A stretch of DNA of 64,000 nt, taken from IMG/VR virus record IMGVR_UViG_3300012944_000025, positions 25,581-89,580 of that record, one strand, 5' to 3'. The notes below the pieces were generated by a model, which saw nothing but the letters and a program-made list of their open reading frames with translations, was not told where the DNA came from and made no database searches. The translations under genes and the position numbers were made by a program. Shown piece after piece: positions 26,834 through 38,000 of this stretch. Numbering within the stretch: position 1 is the first letter of the stretch; every line of letters begins with the position of its first letter. Source of the DNA: a virus.

Positions 26834-28897
26834 TCAGACCGCCTTGCGTGCGAAGTGCTTCGCGAAGAGAGGGAGATACCGCTCGCACATCTCGATGTCG
26901 GTAGTCACGAGCCCTCGAGACCAGGGGAGAGCTTGGAGCACCATGCCGCCGTACCGCTTGGTCCAGATCCTGTTGTCGAGGATGGCCAGGCAGCCCCTGT
27001 CGCCCTTCGACCTAATCAGCCGGCCGCTGCCCTGCCGGAGGTCGATCAGCATGTCCGTCATCTGTACTTCGACGAACGGGTTCGTCGACAGCTTCTCTCG
27101 CGCCTTGACGATTGGATCGTTGAGCTGCGGGAACGGCAACTTCGCGATGATGACCAGACGCAGCGCGCCGCCGACGACGTCGACGCCCTCCCAGAACGAC
27201 TTGCTTCCCACGAGGATCGAATTATCCACGCTCCGGAACTTGTCCAACGCCGCCGGCGGGTCCCCGTCCCACTCGTTGTTCCGATGGCCCTGCGCGAACG
27301 TTCGCCCGGGGAAGCGGGCCTTCAGTGCGCGCGCGAACGCGTCCAGCTCCTCGTTGGCCGTGGTCAGCACGAACGCGCCGCCGTCGGACAGCTCGACCAG
27401 GCGGACGGCGCGCTCAACGCGAAGTTTGAGCGCGTCGAGGTAGGGTCGATTCTCGTCGTCGGTGGCGTTGCGCGCCGCGCGGTTCACCTGCGCCGCATCC
27501 TTGGGCACGTACACGAATCCCTGCGCGTCGTAGTCGAACGGGCTGGCGAGCACGTCTACGATGTCCGGCTTGATGCCCGTCATCTCCTCGAGGTGCTCGA
27601 ACGACCCGTTGATCGCCAGGGTCGCGCTGGTCAGGATCTTGGTCTTCACGCCGCTGAAGAACGAGCCCATGATGCCCGCGAGGCTGACCGGCGAGCAGTA
27701 CAGCTGGAAGCCGAAGCGCTCCTCGTTGCTGCCGTAGATCGCCGTAGACCTCAGGATCTTCGCCTTGCGTTGCTCGTACTCCGCATCCTCCTCGGTCTTC
27801 CTCCTCGGCACCCGGCCCTGCGCGAGCTGGAGCCCCCGCGTCAGGTCGTCGAGCTTGCGACGCGAGCGGATCATCACCGACAGGTCCTTCTGCAGGTCAG
27901 GGCTGTAGTCGTCGATCTCGGCCTCGTCCTGGTCCTCCCCGAGGCCGAACCGCTCGAGAGTCCCGTCGACCTCGGTCCGCGCCTCGTCGAGCGCAACGAA
28001 CACCGCGTTGGTGGCCTCCTCGTCGTCGCCGAACACGGGGACCTCGCGGAGGTGCGGCTCGCGCCAGTGCGTGTTGGGGACCCGGTCGAACAGCTCGCCC
28101 CAGACGCGGACGAGCGCCGCGTTACGCGGGAACGTACTGAACGTTCCGTTCAGCTGCTCGCTGATCTGCTCGACCACCTTGCGGGACATTCGCGTGGTGA
28201 AGGCCCCGCGCACGCCGTCGGCGAGCTTGTGCGCCTCGTCAACGATCAGCACGTCGTAGGGTCCGCCCACGAGCCGGCCTTGGCCGAATCGCATCTCCAC
28301 GCCGAGCACGTGGTGGTTGATCACCACGATCTTCGACTGGGCCATCTCCTTCTTCATCCGCATGTAGCCGCAGTCCCCCGCCTGGGGGCACCTGCGCCCG
28401 ACGCAATCCTCCGCGGAGGCCTCCGGCCACCACGTCGGCGTCGCGCCGTCGTAATCGGCTCGATCACCGTGTCGGCTGTCGGCCAGGAACCGCATGTAGC
28501 CCGGGCCAGGGTTGCGCTCCTGCGCGAGCACGCGGCACGCGTAGTTGCCGTTGCCCTTGCGCGAGGTCGACACGATTTGCGGGCGCCCCTCGGCGTCGAT
28601 GAGCACCGTCTGAAGGTCCTGGCCGATCGCCTGGGCGAGCGCCGGGATGTCCTTGGTGACGATCTGGTCCTGCAACTGCTTCTTTGCCGTGGCGATGACG
28701 ATGCGACGGCGAGGCTCGAGCAGCGCCGGCAGCATGTACGCGAAGGTCTTTCCCGTGGCCACGCCAGCCTCGACGAAATAGGCGAGGCCCTCCTGGAGGG
28801 CGCGGGTGACGTTGTTGGCCATGTGGATCTGCGGGGGGCGGATCTCCCGCACGAGCCCCTGCGACGGATCCGACAGCAGGGCTATGGCGTCGCGCAT
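26834..28897 (-). CDS. DinG/YoaA-family SF2 helicase
   Basis: RPPQ Q-motif, EAGVATGKT, Fe-S Cys residues, DEAH, TSATL, FWEGVD, RQGSGRLIR. Confidence 0.92.
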   Translation of the reverse strand: MRDAIALLSDPSQGLVREIRPPQIHMANNVTRALQEGLAYFVEAGVATGKTFAYMLPALLEPRRRIVIATAKKQLQDQIVTKDIPALAQAIGQDLQTVLIDAEGRPQIVSTSRKGNGNYACRVLAQERNPGPGYMRFLADSRHGDRADYDGATPTWWPEASAEDCVGRRCPQAGDCGYMRMKKEMAQSKIVVINHHVLGVEMRFGQGRLVGGPYDVLIVDEAHKLADGVRGAFTTRMSRKVVEQISEQLNGTFSTFPRNAALVRVWGELFDRVPNTHWREPHLREVPVFGDDEEATNAVFVALDEARTEVDGTLERFGLGEDQDEAEIDDYSPDLQKDLSVMIRSRRKLDDLTRGLQLAQGRVPRRKTEEDAEYEQRKAKILRSTAIYGSNEERFGFQLYCSPVSLAGIMGSFFSGVKTKILTSATLAINGSFEHLEEMTGIKPDIVDVLASPFDYDAQGFVYVPKDAAQVNRAARNATDDENRPYLDALKLRVERAVRLVELSDGGAFVLTTANEELDAFARALKARFPGRTFAQGHRNNEWDGDPPAALDKFRSVDNSILVGSKSFWEGVDVVGGALRLVIIAKLPFPQLNDPIVKAREKLSTNPFVEVQMTDMLIDLRQGSGRLIRSKGDRGCLAILDNRIWTKRYGGMVLQALPWSRGLVTTDIEMCERYLPLFAKHFARKAV

Positions 28898-28918
28898 CGC
28901 TGGCTCCTTTCTAGATCA

Positions 28919-28935
28919 TGTTTATTCGGTAAACA
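28919..28935. promoter_or_regulatory. Perfect inverted repeat TGTTTA-TTCGG-TAAACA (operator-like)
   Basis: In the divergent gap between the helicase and the tail operon. Confidence 0.65.
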
Positions 28936-28999
28936 AGCTGGGCGTCGTGATAGGATCCGGCTCACCGATGCTTCTACCAAAGGGGAGCGAGGATTCACG

Positions 29000-29626
29000 A
29001 TGGATGACCTGAAGATTGGCGACTTCTCCAAGCCCGTGACTCCTCAGCCATCTTCCGCGCCGCCGAGGCCCCCGACGCGGGTCGCCACGCCCCCGAGCAC
29101 GAGGATCCCGAGCAGTCCCGACGAAGCCGCGCTCAGCGCGGAGGCCTCCGCGGTCGAGGCCGAGCTTGCGCCGATGCGCACCTATGAGGACACGCTCCGC
29201 GAGGCGAAGATCTCGCGCGAGGAGGCGGCGAAAGTCGTCGACTCCGTCATGGAGAAAGGGTTCTGGTCCGAGACGGTCCAGATCACGAAGTCGACGATCG
29301 CGAGGCTCCGGACGAGATCGTCGAGGGACCGCACGCGCGCGATGGATCGGATCGAAACCGCGCGCCCCTCGTTCGACGCCCACTACTACGACCTGATGAA
29401 CAAGCTACTACTCGCCGCGTCTCTCGAGTCGTTCGGCCGCATCAAGTTCGAGCACCCCGCGCCTGGTGCCAAGACTGAGGATGTGGAGAGGGCGTTCGAG
29501 GCCCGCTTCAACTACGTCGACGCGGTGATGGCCGAGCCCGCTTACGCGCTCCTTCTCCGCGCGTTCCTCAAGTTTGACGAAAAAATCCGGGTCGTGACGG
29601 CGGAGGGCGTCGTCGAAAATTTCTAG
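29000..29626 (+). CDS. Tail assembly chaperone (gpG-like)
   Basis: Lies upstream of the tape measure gene; ends ...VENF* on slippery heptamer A AAT TTC. Confidence 0.7.
   Translation: MDDLKIGDFSKPVTPQPSSAPPRPPTRVATPPSTRIPSSPDEAALSAEASAVEAELAPMRTYEDTLREAKISREEAAKVVDSVMEKGFWSETVQITKSTIARLRTRSSRDRTRAMDRIETARPSFDAHYYDLMNKLLLAASLESFGRIKFEHPAPGAKTEDVERAFEARFNYVDAVMAEPAYALLLRAFLKFDEKIRVVTAEGVVENF
29617..29623 (+). other. Programmed -1 ribosomal frameshift site AAATTTC
   Basis: Canonical X XXY YYZ just before TAG; the -1 frame is open into ORF 29674-30078; GC-rich potential stem downstream. Confidence 0.75.
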
Positions 29627-30078
29627 GTCACCCGGGGGCCAACGCGCGGGCGGTCGCCTTCGCGCGCGGGCAGATGCTTCCCCCGATCGGCTCGGTCGAG
29701 GATCGCGTCATGCGCGAGATGGTGTTCCGGGAGCGCTCCGAGCGCGTGGCGCACGTGCGCGCGATCGCGGCCATCGTAGCGCGGGTCGTGGGCCGGGACG
29801 CGGACAAACTCCTCGGAGACGTCGTATCCGAGTACGCGTCGGAGGTATTCCAGGAATCCTACGATCCCGTCGCGCTCGCGCGGAAGGCCCAGCGTCTGCG
29901 CGACGCGCAGGCTCAAATCCGGCGCCGGCGCGTGGAGGACGAGAACACGCTCAGGCGTCTCGACCGCATGGAGTTGCTCGGTCAGGATTTCGATCGCGTG
30001 AAGGGCCGAGAATTTGATAGCAATTCCAAGCCGATACAGCATAGCCTAAGATCTGAACGTGGCCGACGGGACCAGTAA
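29620..30078 (+). CDS. Tail assembly chaperone frameshift extension (gpT-like)
   Basis: -1 frame reads FLGHPGANARAVAFARGQMLPP...; no clear SD before the ATG at 29674. Confidence 0.65.
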   Translation, partial: FLGHPGANARAVAFARGQMLPPIGSVEDRVMREMVFRERSERVAHVRAIAAIVARVVGRDADKLLGDVVSEYASEVFQESYDPVALARKAQRLRDAQAQIRRRRVEDENTLRRLDRMELLGQDFDRVKGREFDSNSKPIQHSLRSERGRRDQ

Positions 30079-33000
30079 CGAGACCCTTCGCCAGATGCTG
30101 GCGGGGTTCAACAGCATGCAGTCGGCGCTGGGCTTGCTCCCGGTCGCGTCCGGATCACCGACGGTCGGAGTGGGCCAGCCCGTCGGCTCAGCCCCGATGC
30201 CGCCGCCTCCGCCGCACCCGTCCGAGGCCGCCATCGCGGCCATGCAGCGCCATAACGACATGACGCAGCAGACGCTGCAGGCGGCGCAGCAGACGCGCTA
30301 CCAGCCGCCACCGTCCGCGCCGACACCCTCGAGCGGCGGGCTCGGACAGTTCAACCCGTTCGTCGCCAATGCCCTCGGCGGCGGGGGCTCGGGCTACGGC
30401 CTCCCGAGCCCGGCGACGATGACGTCACCCGCTTACGGCATGTTCCGCCCGCCGCCGGCGATGGGCGGGATGCCGTTCGGCGGCCCGATGCGCCTGCCGT
30501 CCATCTTCAACCCGCTGGCCCCCGCCCTGTCGTCACCGCACTTCTCGACCCCGGGGATGCGATCGCTGCAGGTCATGCAGGGCCACGAATCGCAGGCGAT
30601 GGGCACGCTCGCCGGCGCGACAGAGTTCGGACTCGGGCTGGCGGGGTCCGTGGCGGGCGGCGCGCTGGGCTCACTGCTCGGGCCCGTCGGTGCGGTCGCG
30701 GGCTCGTGGCTGGGCGGGAAGCTCGGGCACGCCGCGAGCAACGTCATGGTGGGCACGACGGTGCAGGACGCGGCCCGCGCGAGGATGATCCAGAACACGA
30801 CCGCTCCGTTCATGGTCACCGGGTCCAGCCTCGGCCCGACGGGCCAGGGCATGAGCACCGACTCGGCGCTCCGCACGGCCCGCGGCGTCCGGCACATGGC
30901 GCACGACCTGGACTTCGAGCGGACCGGGTTCAACACCCAGGACGCCATGCGGATCATGGGTGGCGCGGCGCAGCACGGCCTGTTGACTGGCGCCCAGTCG
31001 CCCGAGGAGATCGTTCGCCGCGTAAAGGACGTCAGCAAGACCGTCAAGCTGCTGATGCAGGTGACCGGGGACCCCGACGTGCGATCGGCCCTCGCGTCCC
31101 TGGGCCAGATGCGAGACCTCGGCTTCCAGGGCCTGGGGTCTCAGTCGGCGGCGGTTGCCAACCGCGCCGCGTTTGCTCGCATGGCCGGCGTGTCGCAGGC
31201 GGCGATGCACGAGTCCTTCGGTCTGCCGGGCGCCATGATGGCCCAGCAGGTCGGCCTCGCGGGGTCCACCGGCTACGCCGCGGGCATGTCGGGCGGCGCG
31301 CTCGCGAACATCGCTGCGTCGTCCGGCTCGCTCAACGATCTCCAACTCGCTCGCGCGGGCGGTCGGTCGGGGCTCGGCCAGATCAACGCGCTCGCCCAGA
31401 TTTCCTCGATGCAGAGCGACGTGTACCTCGCCGCATCCCTTCGCAAAGGTAGCAAGGGCCTCGAGGTCGACATGGACGCCTACCGCAAGGCGCAGAGCAT
31501 GTCGGTGGGCGACGTCGCGCGCGAGGCGGCCGAGCGCATCCACAAAATGGGAGCGGAGGGCATCTTCGAGTGGCGGACGCGGCGCCAGGAGTTCAAGGAT
31601 CAGGTCGCGCAGAAGCTCTCGCCCCTCGAGATGGGGATGAACGTGGTGCGCCAGGCGCAGGGCCTCCAGCGGCAGGTGCCGGGCATGAACCTCGGCTCCG
31701 CGCTGTTCGCCACCGTGCAGTCGACCGCCGTTGGCGCCGGGATGAGCGAGGAGCAGGCCGAGCAAACCGCGCGGTCCCTCGAGCTGCAGTTCACCGACCG
31801 GAAGTACTGGGAGGGTCAGAAGCAGCAGCTGAGAGCGCAACGACGGACCGCGATCGATGAGCAGCGCAGCCGCTTTGGGCAGTTCGCGACCCAGGACTTC
31901 GGGGACCGCGTGGACCGCCTGGGGCGGATGGGCATGCTTCGCGCCTCCGACAGGATCGCCTCGCCGTTCCAGCGCCTCGCCGACGGGTTCCGCAGGGTTC
32001 GCGAGGGCGAGGAGGCCGCGGGCTACGGCGAGCACATCTCGCGGCTCTCGGGCGTGGCGGTCATCGGCGACGACGCGGATCGGCGGATGATGCACGCGGC
32101 CGGCGGGCGTGGGTTCAGCGCGGCCTACGCGTCCGGCCTGGGTGACGACCCCCTCGGACGGGATCAGGGTCCGCTGGGCGCCTCCTGGTCGCGCCAGATG
32201 AATCGGATGGGCGGGGCCCTGGGGCTCACCGGAACCAGCGGGGCGAATCGCGTCGCCGCCCTGGCCAGCGAATCGAGGGGCATGTTCGCGACGCCGTTCG
32301 GCATCCACCCGTTCAAGTCGTTCGGCAACGTCGACGACGCGTTCGCGCGCGTGCAGGACGTGGCGGCCGCGGGCTCCGCGGTCCTGGCCTCCGACAGCTT
32401 CGACCTGGGCAAGCGCAAGGCGCTCATCGCGCGGATGGGCGCTCACTCAGGCGGCGTCAGCGCGGGCGCGGTGCTGCAGTCCGCGACCAGTGCGCTCGTT
32501 ACGCGGATCGACGGCCTGGCCGCGAGCGTGGCAGGTCCCGAGACCGGCGCGGCGCTCTCACAGAGCGATCTCAAGAACGCGTTCATCAAGGGCGCCGCGG
32601 ACCGCGGGATGAACGCCCAGGAGGCCGCGAAGATGTTTGACTCCAACCCGGGCATCGCCGCCGACATGGTCAAGGCCGTGATGTCGTCCGGGACCGCGAA
32701 GCAGAAGGAGGTGCTCGGCAAGTCGGTCGAGATCGGCACCAAGCTCGGTGCGGTCAACATGACGAGGACTCGTGAGGGCCTACGGGACGCGGTGAGGAAT
32801 CGGCTGTCCGCGGCGGGGCTCAACGAGCAGTACGCCAGCTTCAACGAGCACGGATTCCGCGGCGGAGGATACGCCGCAAGCGACAAGACCCTGACGGAGC
32901 TGGGCTCGGTCGTCGCGCACCACTCGCAGGAGGAGGTGGCCGTCGCCGCGGCGCTGGCGGCGCAGGCGTCGGGGGACCCCGCGCAGCGAAAGAAGGGCGA

Positions 33001-33673
33001 CCAGGCGCTCACCGCCCTGCGCACCCAGCTCGGCGACAAGCGCGTGGACGAGCTGACCTCGACCGCGCAGGACACGATTCTCAAGGGCGCGTCGGGGGAT
33101 CTGAAGACCGCGCTGGTGCGGGTCGCCGCGGAGGGCCAAGGCGGCAACGTGACCAAGCGTGTCGGCGCCGTGTACGAGGCGATCGGCATGAAGAAGCGCG
33201 GGGCGGCCACGGACGCGCTGATGGACAGGCTGGGCTCCATCAGCTCGAACAAAGACGTCGCGGGGATGGCCGATCCGCTCGAGGCGATTCGTGCCCTGAG
33301 CGGCTCCGACCTCGACCGCCTCGAGGAGGATGACCCGGAGACGGCGAAGCTCCTCCGGGCCGCTGCGGGCGGGGACAAGAAGGCGTACGAGGCGCTGCTC
33401 GACAGGTCCGCGCCCTCGCAGCGCGAGCACCGCGCCGGCAGTCGCGTGTCGGCCATCGACAAGCAGGTCGCCAAGGTCGACGAGATGATCGCCGCAACGT
33501 CCCCCGGCGACGACACCGCGGGCCTGCAGGCCGAGACCGGCAAGCTGTTCGCAGACTCGGTCAAGACGTTCGCGGACGCGGTCAAGGACTTCAAGGGCGC
33601 CGGCCAGGCCGACAACCTGAGCAAGAGCAGCCCGTGGTTCCAGTCGATGATTCCGGGCGCGGGAGGTCGTTGA
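30059..33673 (+). CDS. Tail tape measure protein
   Basis: 1204 aa, Ala/Gly/Gln/Met-rich helical protein with glycine-zipper segments, directly after the chaperone pair. Confidence 0.78.
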   Translation: MADGTSNETLRQMLAGFNSMQSALGLLPVASGSPTVGVGQPVGSAPMPPPPPHPSEAAIAAMQRHNDMTQQTLQAAQQTRYQPPPSAPTPSSGGLGQFNPFVANALGGGGSGYGLPSPATMTSPAYGMFRPPPAMGGMPFGGPMRLPSIFNPLAPALSSPHFSTPGMRSLQVMQGHESQAMGTLAGATEFGLGLAGSVAGGALGSLLGPVGAVAGSWLGGKLGHAASNVMVGTTVQDAARARMIQNTTAPFMVTGSSLGPTGQGMSTDSALRTARGVRHMAHDLDFERTGFNTQDAMRIMGGAAQHGLLTGAQSPEEIVRRVKDVSKTVKLLMQVTGDPDVRSALASLGQMRDLGFQGLGSQSAAVANRAAFARMAGVSQAAMHESFGLPGAMMAQQVGLAGSTGYAAGMSGGALANIAASSGSLNDLQLARAGGRSGLGQINALAQISSMQSDVYLAASLRKGSKGLEVDMDAYRKAQSMSVGDVAREAAERIHKMGAEGIFEWRTRRQEFKDQVAQKLSPLEMGMNVVRQAQGLQRQVPGMNLGSALFATVQSTAVGAGMSEEQAEQTARSLELQFTDRKYWEGQKQQLRAQRRTAIDEQRSRFGQFATQDFGDRVDRLGRMGMLRASDRIASPFQRLADGFRRVREGEEAAGYGEHISRLSGVAVIGDDADRRMMHAAGGRGFSAAYASGLGDDPLGRDQGPLGASWSRQMNRMGGALGLTGTSGANRVAALASESRGMFATPFGIHPFKSFGNVDDAFARVQDVAAAGSAVLASDSFDLGKRKALIARMGAHSGGVSAGAVLQSATSALVTRIDGLAASVAGPETGAALSQSDLKNAFIKGAADRGMNAQEAAKMFDSNPGIAADMVKAVMSSGTAKQKEVLGKSVEIGTKLGAVNMTRTREGLRDAVRNRLSAAGLNEQYASFNEHGFRGGGYAASDKTLTELGSVVAHHSQEEVAVAAALAAQASGDPAQRKKGDQALTALRTQLGDKRVDELTSTAQDTILKGASGDLKTALVRVAAEGQGGNVTKRVGAVYEAIGMKKRGAATDALMDRLGSISSNKDVAGMADPLEAIRALSGSDLDRLEEDDPETAKLLRAAAGGDKKAYEALLDRSAPSQREHRAGSRVSAIDKQVAKVDEMIAATSPGDDTAGLQAETGKLFADSVKTFADAVKDFKGAGQADNLSKSSPWFQSMIPGAGGR

Positions 33674-34632
33674 TGGCGGGACCCTACGGAAGCTACGTCA
33701 GCCAGAACAACGCGGCCGCGGATCCGGCGATCCGACGCCAGCAGGGCATCTTCGCGGACAACCCGCTGTCCACACCGAAGTACGCCCGCAACAGGGGTCC
33801 GCGCGACGCCGAGTTCCGCGACACCATGGCGCGGATGTTCATCAGCCTGGCGGACGCGGATCCCACGACGCAGACCGCCTACCTGGCGAGCCTTCCACAG
33901 GAGGCCAAGGCGCTGGCCCAAGTTCTCCTGGGAAACAACAACCACGGCTCCTCGGGGTATGTGGACTTCATCCTGACGCAGGCGATCGAGCCCCGGCAGG
34001 AGGTCGTCCAGGTCGAGAAGACCGTCGGCGACGGCTACGTCGCGTTCTTCTTCGGCGAGGCTCCGCCGACGTTCCAGTACTCCGGGTACCTGCTCAACTC
34101 ACTGCAGGACGATCAGCGCGTCGGGTTCGCCATCGCGTACTCGCAGATCCTGCGCGGCACCCAGCTCGCGCGGCGCGGCGCCCTGGCCCGGCTCCGCTAC
34201 GACTCGGTGATCGTTGAGGGCGCACTCACCGCGAAGCAGCAGACGCTCAACGCCGACAACGAGCTTGCGGTGCCGTTCGCGTTCAGCTTCCTCGTCAAGA
34301 GCTACGTGATCGTGCAGAACCCGCTGTTCCAGCGGACCTCGGCGGCCGACTACGTCGCCCTCGCCGCCGACAGCGCCGTCTCGAACCTCGGGCCCGTGGG
34401 CCGTCCGTCGGACGTGCGCGTCAGGTCCTCGATGGTGCTGCCACCTGACCTCGCATCCGTGAGCACGGCCGGCCAGGAGGAGCCCGGCGCGGTCGATCGC
34501 ACGCAAACCGCGCTCGCGCAGCTCATGTCCCGCGCGGTTGACTCCGTCCTCGGCTCGCGAACCAGCAACGTGCGGGGCGCGATAGACGGCACGCCGGTCA
34601 GCCCTCCGCCCGCGTTCGCAGGTGCGCTGTGA
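33673..34632 (+). CDS. Tail/baseplate protein (tube-initiator-like)
   Basis: Position after tape measure; beta-rich YVAFFFGEAPPTFQYSGYL. Confidence 0.5.
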   Translation: MAGPYGSYVSQNNAAADPAIRRQQGIFADNPLSTPKYARNRGPRDAEFRDTMARMFISLADADPTTQTAYLASLPQEAKALAQVLLGNNNHGSSGYVDFILTQAIEPRQEVVQVEKTVGDGYVAFFFGEAPPTFQYSGYLLNSLQDDQRVGFAIAYSQILRGTQLARRGALARLRYDSVIVEGALTAKQQTLNADNELAVPFAFSFLVKSYVIVQNPLFQRTSAADYVALAADSAVSNLGPVGRPSDVRVRSSMVLPPDLASVSTAGQEEPGAVDRTQTALAQLMSRAVDSVLGSRTSNVRGAIDGTPVSPPPAFAGAL

Positions 34633-35039
34633 TCGCCCTCGAGGTCGCCCTGGCGCGGGTGCTCGGCCCATACGGCATCGAGCAGCTGCGGACCCGGTTC
34701 CTATTCTCCGTGGTGGACAGTCGCAACGTCTCCGATGGCGTGCTGGTCGCCGCGCAGATGGCTCTCGAGACGGAGATCGGCGTGATTCTGACAAAGGTGA
34801 TCGCGCCGTCGCCGAGCGTCCGAGGTACCGTGATCACGTCTCGGCGCCGGTTTCTCGACGTCGACAACGACCTCCGTGCGAACAGGTTCCTCATCGAACC
34901 GGCTCTCGACGATCTCTCGGGCCTGGGTGCGCCCGATCCCTACGTGGGCCTCCTTCGACGGCACCTCGCCGGTGACTACCCGCGATACCGGGTGTGCGCC
35001 ACGGCGGCCGTGCTCTCCCTCGCGGCGGCATTGTCATGA
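34629..35039 (+). CDS. Hypothetical protein in the tail operon
   Basis: GTGA/ATGA coupled at both ends. Confidence 0.55.
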   Translation: MIALEVALARVLGPYGIEQLRTRFLFSVVDSRNVSDGVLVAAQMALETEIGVILTKVIAPSPSVRGTVITSRRRFLDVDNDLRANRFLIEPALDDLSGLGAPDPYVGLLRRHLAGDYPRYRVCATAAVLSLAAALS

Positions 35040-38000
35040 GCGAGTTCTCGTCCAGCCTCCCGCACGGCGCCGCCGCGCTCGTATATATCAACGGGATCGA
35101 AGTGCCCGTGGTCCGCGTCTCGCGGAGGTACGGTGTCTGGCAGGTGCCCGAGGTCCAGGTCTCGATGGTGCCCGACCCCGTGCTCACGCGACTCGGCGCC
35201 GAAGACCGCGTGCAGCTCGAAGTGTTCTACCTCGACGACACCGCCGTCGACCCGAGCGTCGTCCCCCAGTTCCGCCTGTGGTTCGACGGTGAGATCACCG
35301 GATGGGGATATCAGAGCCTGTCCTCCGGTCGCGTCATCACCCTGACCGCGGTCGCTCAGATCGCGATCTTCACGCAGCTGTTCGTCCAGTTCCTGACGAC
35401 GTTCGACGATCTGCTCGGACACAGCACGCTGCCCGGCGCGGACGCGACCGGCATCGGCGTCCCAACCAGCCAAATCGTGTTTCCGTTCTCGCTGTTCAAG
35501 CAGGGCTTGATCTCGGGAGGCGGGCTCGCGCAGGACGCCTCGTCCATCGTCCGCCCGTTCGACTTCCTGTACAACGTGATCCGCAACATGATCGGGGCTC
35601 AGGTCCCGCACGAGCAGCAGACGATCCCGGCGGCGAACTTCTTCTCCCGGTGGTCGCGTCTCACCAACTTCCACAACCGATTTGTTGCTTCGCCGTTCTT
35701 CGATGAGATAGTCGACAACCCCAACATCTTCCCGGTCCTTCGCGCCCTACAAAACGTCTCGGCCGTCGACACCATCGCCAGGAACCTCATTCCTAACGTG
35801 CAGAACTCCGGGTCCATATGGGACATGCTCCAGCTGGTCTTTCAGACCATGCTGTTCGAGATCGCGATGGTCCCGTCGATGCCGCTGGTCGCGACGTCTC
35901 TTGCGAGCGGCCTGGTGCAGCAGACCAACTTCTCCGATCACGTCCTCGCGTTCGACCCCGCGCGGATCCCGAACGGCGCGTTCGTCGCGGCCCTGGCCGG
36001 CGAGAGCCGGAAGGCCACGCCGCGCAGGATACCGAGTTACTTCCCCAAGCCGCAGACCCTGTTCGGCATCGCACCGAGCTGCAACGTGATCTTCCCGTCG
36101 CAGCTGGTCGCGCTCGCGTACGACGAGAACTACGCGACCCAACCGACAAGGCTCTACTTCAACGACGAGACGCTGCTCAACCTGCTCCGCATCCCGCGTG
36201 GCGGGTACAGGGAGACCGTGCACAACGCGCTGACGATCGCCTACCCGCCGGAGGCCGATGCGGCAATGCACGCGCGAGCGCGCGGGGGCGGCAAGCTCAA
36301 CGGAAAGAACCTGCTGCTGTGGCCCGAGGAATTCTTCAAGGGCCCCGTGCTCGACCGCAGGGACGTCCCACCGTGGCTGTTCTTTCTCAAGCAGAGCGAG
36401 CTGATGAGCACGCCGCCCACGGGTCGAACGGCGGACGGCGCGGTGGAGACGCCGCCGGCGCCCGCGCGCACGCCGCAGGTTCCAGCGCCGGCCGCGGTCT
36501 CCGTTCCCGCGGGCACGATGGTCACCGCGGGTCGCGTCGGCACGCAGGCACCCGACGGCACCCGCGTGTTCGGTCGCGCGGTCGAGAATCTTCGTCCCAA
36601 GGTCGCGCGGCTGAGCGTCGTGACCGGGATCCCCACCGACTTCCTGCTCGCCTGGATATCCCAGGAATCCGACGGGAGCATCCGCACCGTGACCCGCCTC
36701 AACGAGCGCGGCTTCTTCCAGATCATGGGTCCGCACGTCTCGGGCGGCACGGCGACGACGCTCAGGGAGTCCGAGGCGGGGATGATTGGGCTGGGGCTCG
36801 ACGCGACGGGCACGGGCCCCGACGACACAAACGCGCGCCTGTCGACAGATGAGGACTTCTCGCTGCAGTCCGGTGTTAAGCTCGTGCAGTTCTACCGTCG
36901 GTTCGCGAACCGGATAGCGATCGAGCAAGGCCTGTCCTGGACCGAGGCAGACATGTGGCGACTCACCAAGCTCGGCCACAACGGCGTCGGGTTCGCGAAG
37001 CAGACGGTTCAGGCCGCGAAGGCCGTGCTTGGCCGGGCCCCGATCTCGTGGGAGGAGATGTACAAAGCCGCGGTGCCGACCCTGTCGGCCGGCGTGGCCA
37101 ACGTCGTGAACGGGGCCACGGCTGTGGGCGGCGTGGTCGCGGGCGCCTCCGGAGCGATGATCACCAAGAGCGATCCCCGCCCGACGAGGGCTCCCGTCGC
37201 GACGACGGCGCCGAGAACATCGACGGACGTTGTGTCCACGCTCGTGGCGCCTCAGGTTCCCGCTGCGGCGCCGCAGGTCAGCGAATCCGTAACCGCGTCG
37301 CTCGAGAGCGCGGAGACGGTTTATCAGCTCTACGCCAAATACGAATTCTTTCGCGAGCGGTACGCCAAGCGGTCGGGCTCAGCGCAGATCGCGTGGAACC
37401 CGTACGTCGTCGCCGGCTTCCCCGCTGTTATCTTCGACCACCGATCGTCCCGCGTCGACATCGCGTGCTACGTGACGACCGTGCAGGACGTCATCGACCT
37501 CAGCGCGACCTCAGCGCGAAAGTCGACGACGATATCGTTCCTATACGGGCGCCAGCTGCAGGAGATGTTCGACCTCATGGCCCGGCAGTTCGCCGACGGC
37601 GAGGCGTCGGCGGGCTCGGCGCCGGCCGAGCCCATCCGGGACGTGCGCAAGGTCATCCAGTCATTCTCCCAGGCGGAGACCTACTACCAGCGGCTGTTCT
37701 ACGGCGGGCAGCCCTTGTTCAATAAGGACGCGGCATTCGACTTCCGCAAGATCATCGGATACGCGCCCGACGTCGCCGGCGGCTCTCCGGTCACAATATT
37801 CGTGGATGGTCCCGAAGAGGCTGATCAGGACGACCTCGCGACGGCGCAGGTCCAGCTTGCGCAGCTGACCAGCGATCGAGCGGACAAGACCGCGCAGCTG
37901 GCGAGCGTCAGCGCCGGGCTCTCCACGGCGTCCGCGCAGGCCGCCGCCCTGAACGCGACCGCGTCCAACACCGCAGCGACGCAGCTGGCCGCGCTGGGCA

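Noticed and set aside
26669-28999. N-terminal ~775 aa of the 985-aa plus-strand ORF 26669-29626
   Set aside because: Antisense shadow of the DinG helicase in high-GC DNA; the real gene starts at ATG 29000 after a GAGG SD.
18032-32446. Long alternative-frame ORFs (e.g. 18032-19600 +, 21189-22586 +, 25049-26344 +, 30671-32446 -)
   Set aside because: Arg/Pro/Ala-rich shadow frames overlapping better supported genes, as expected at this GC content.
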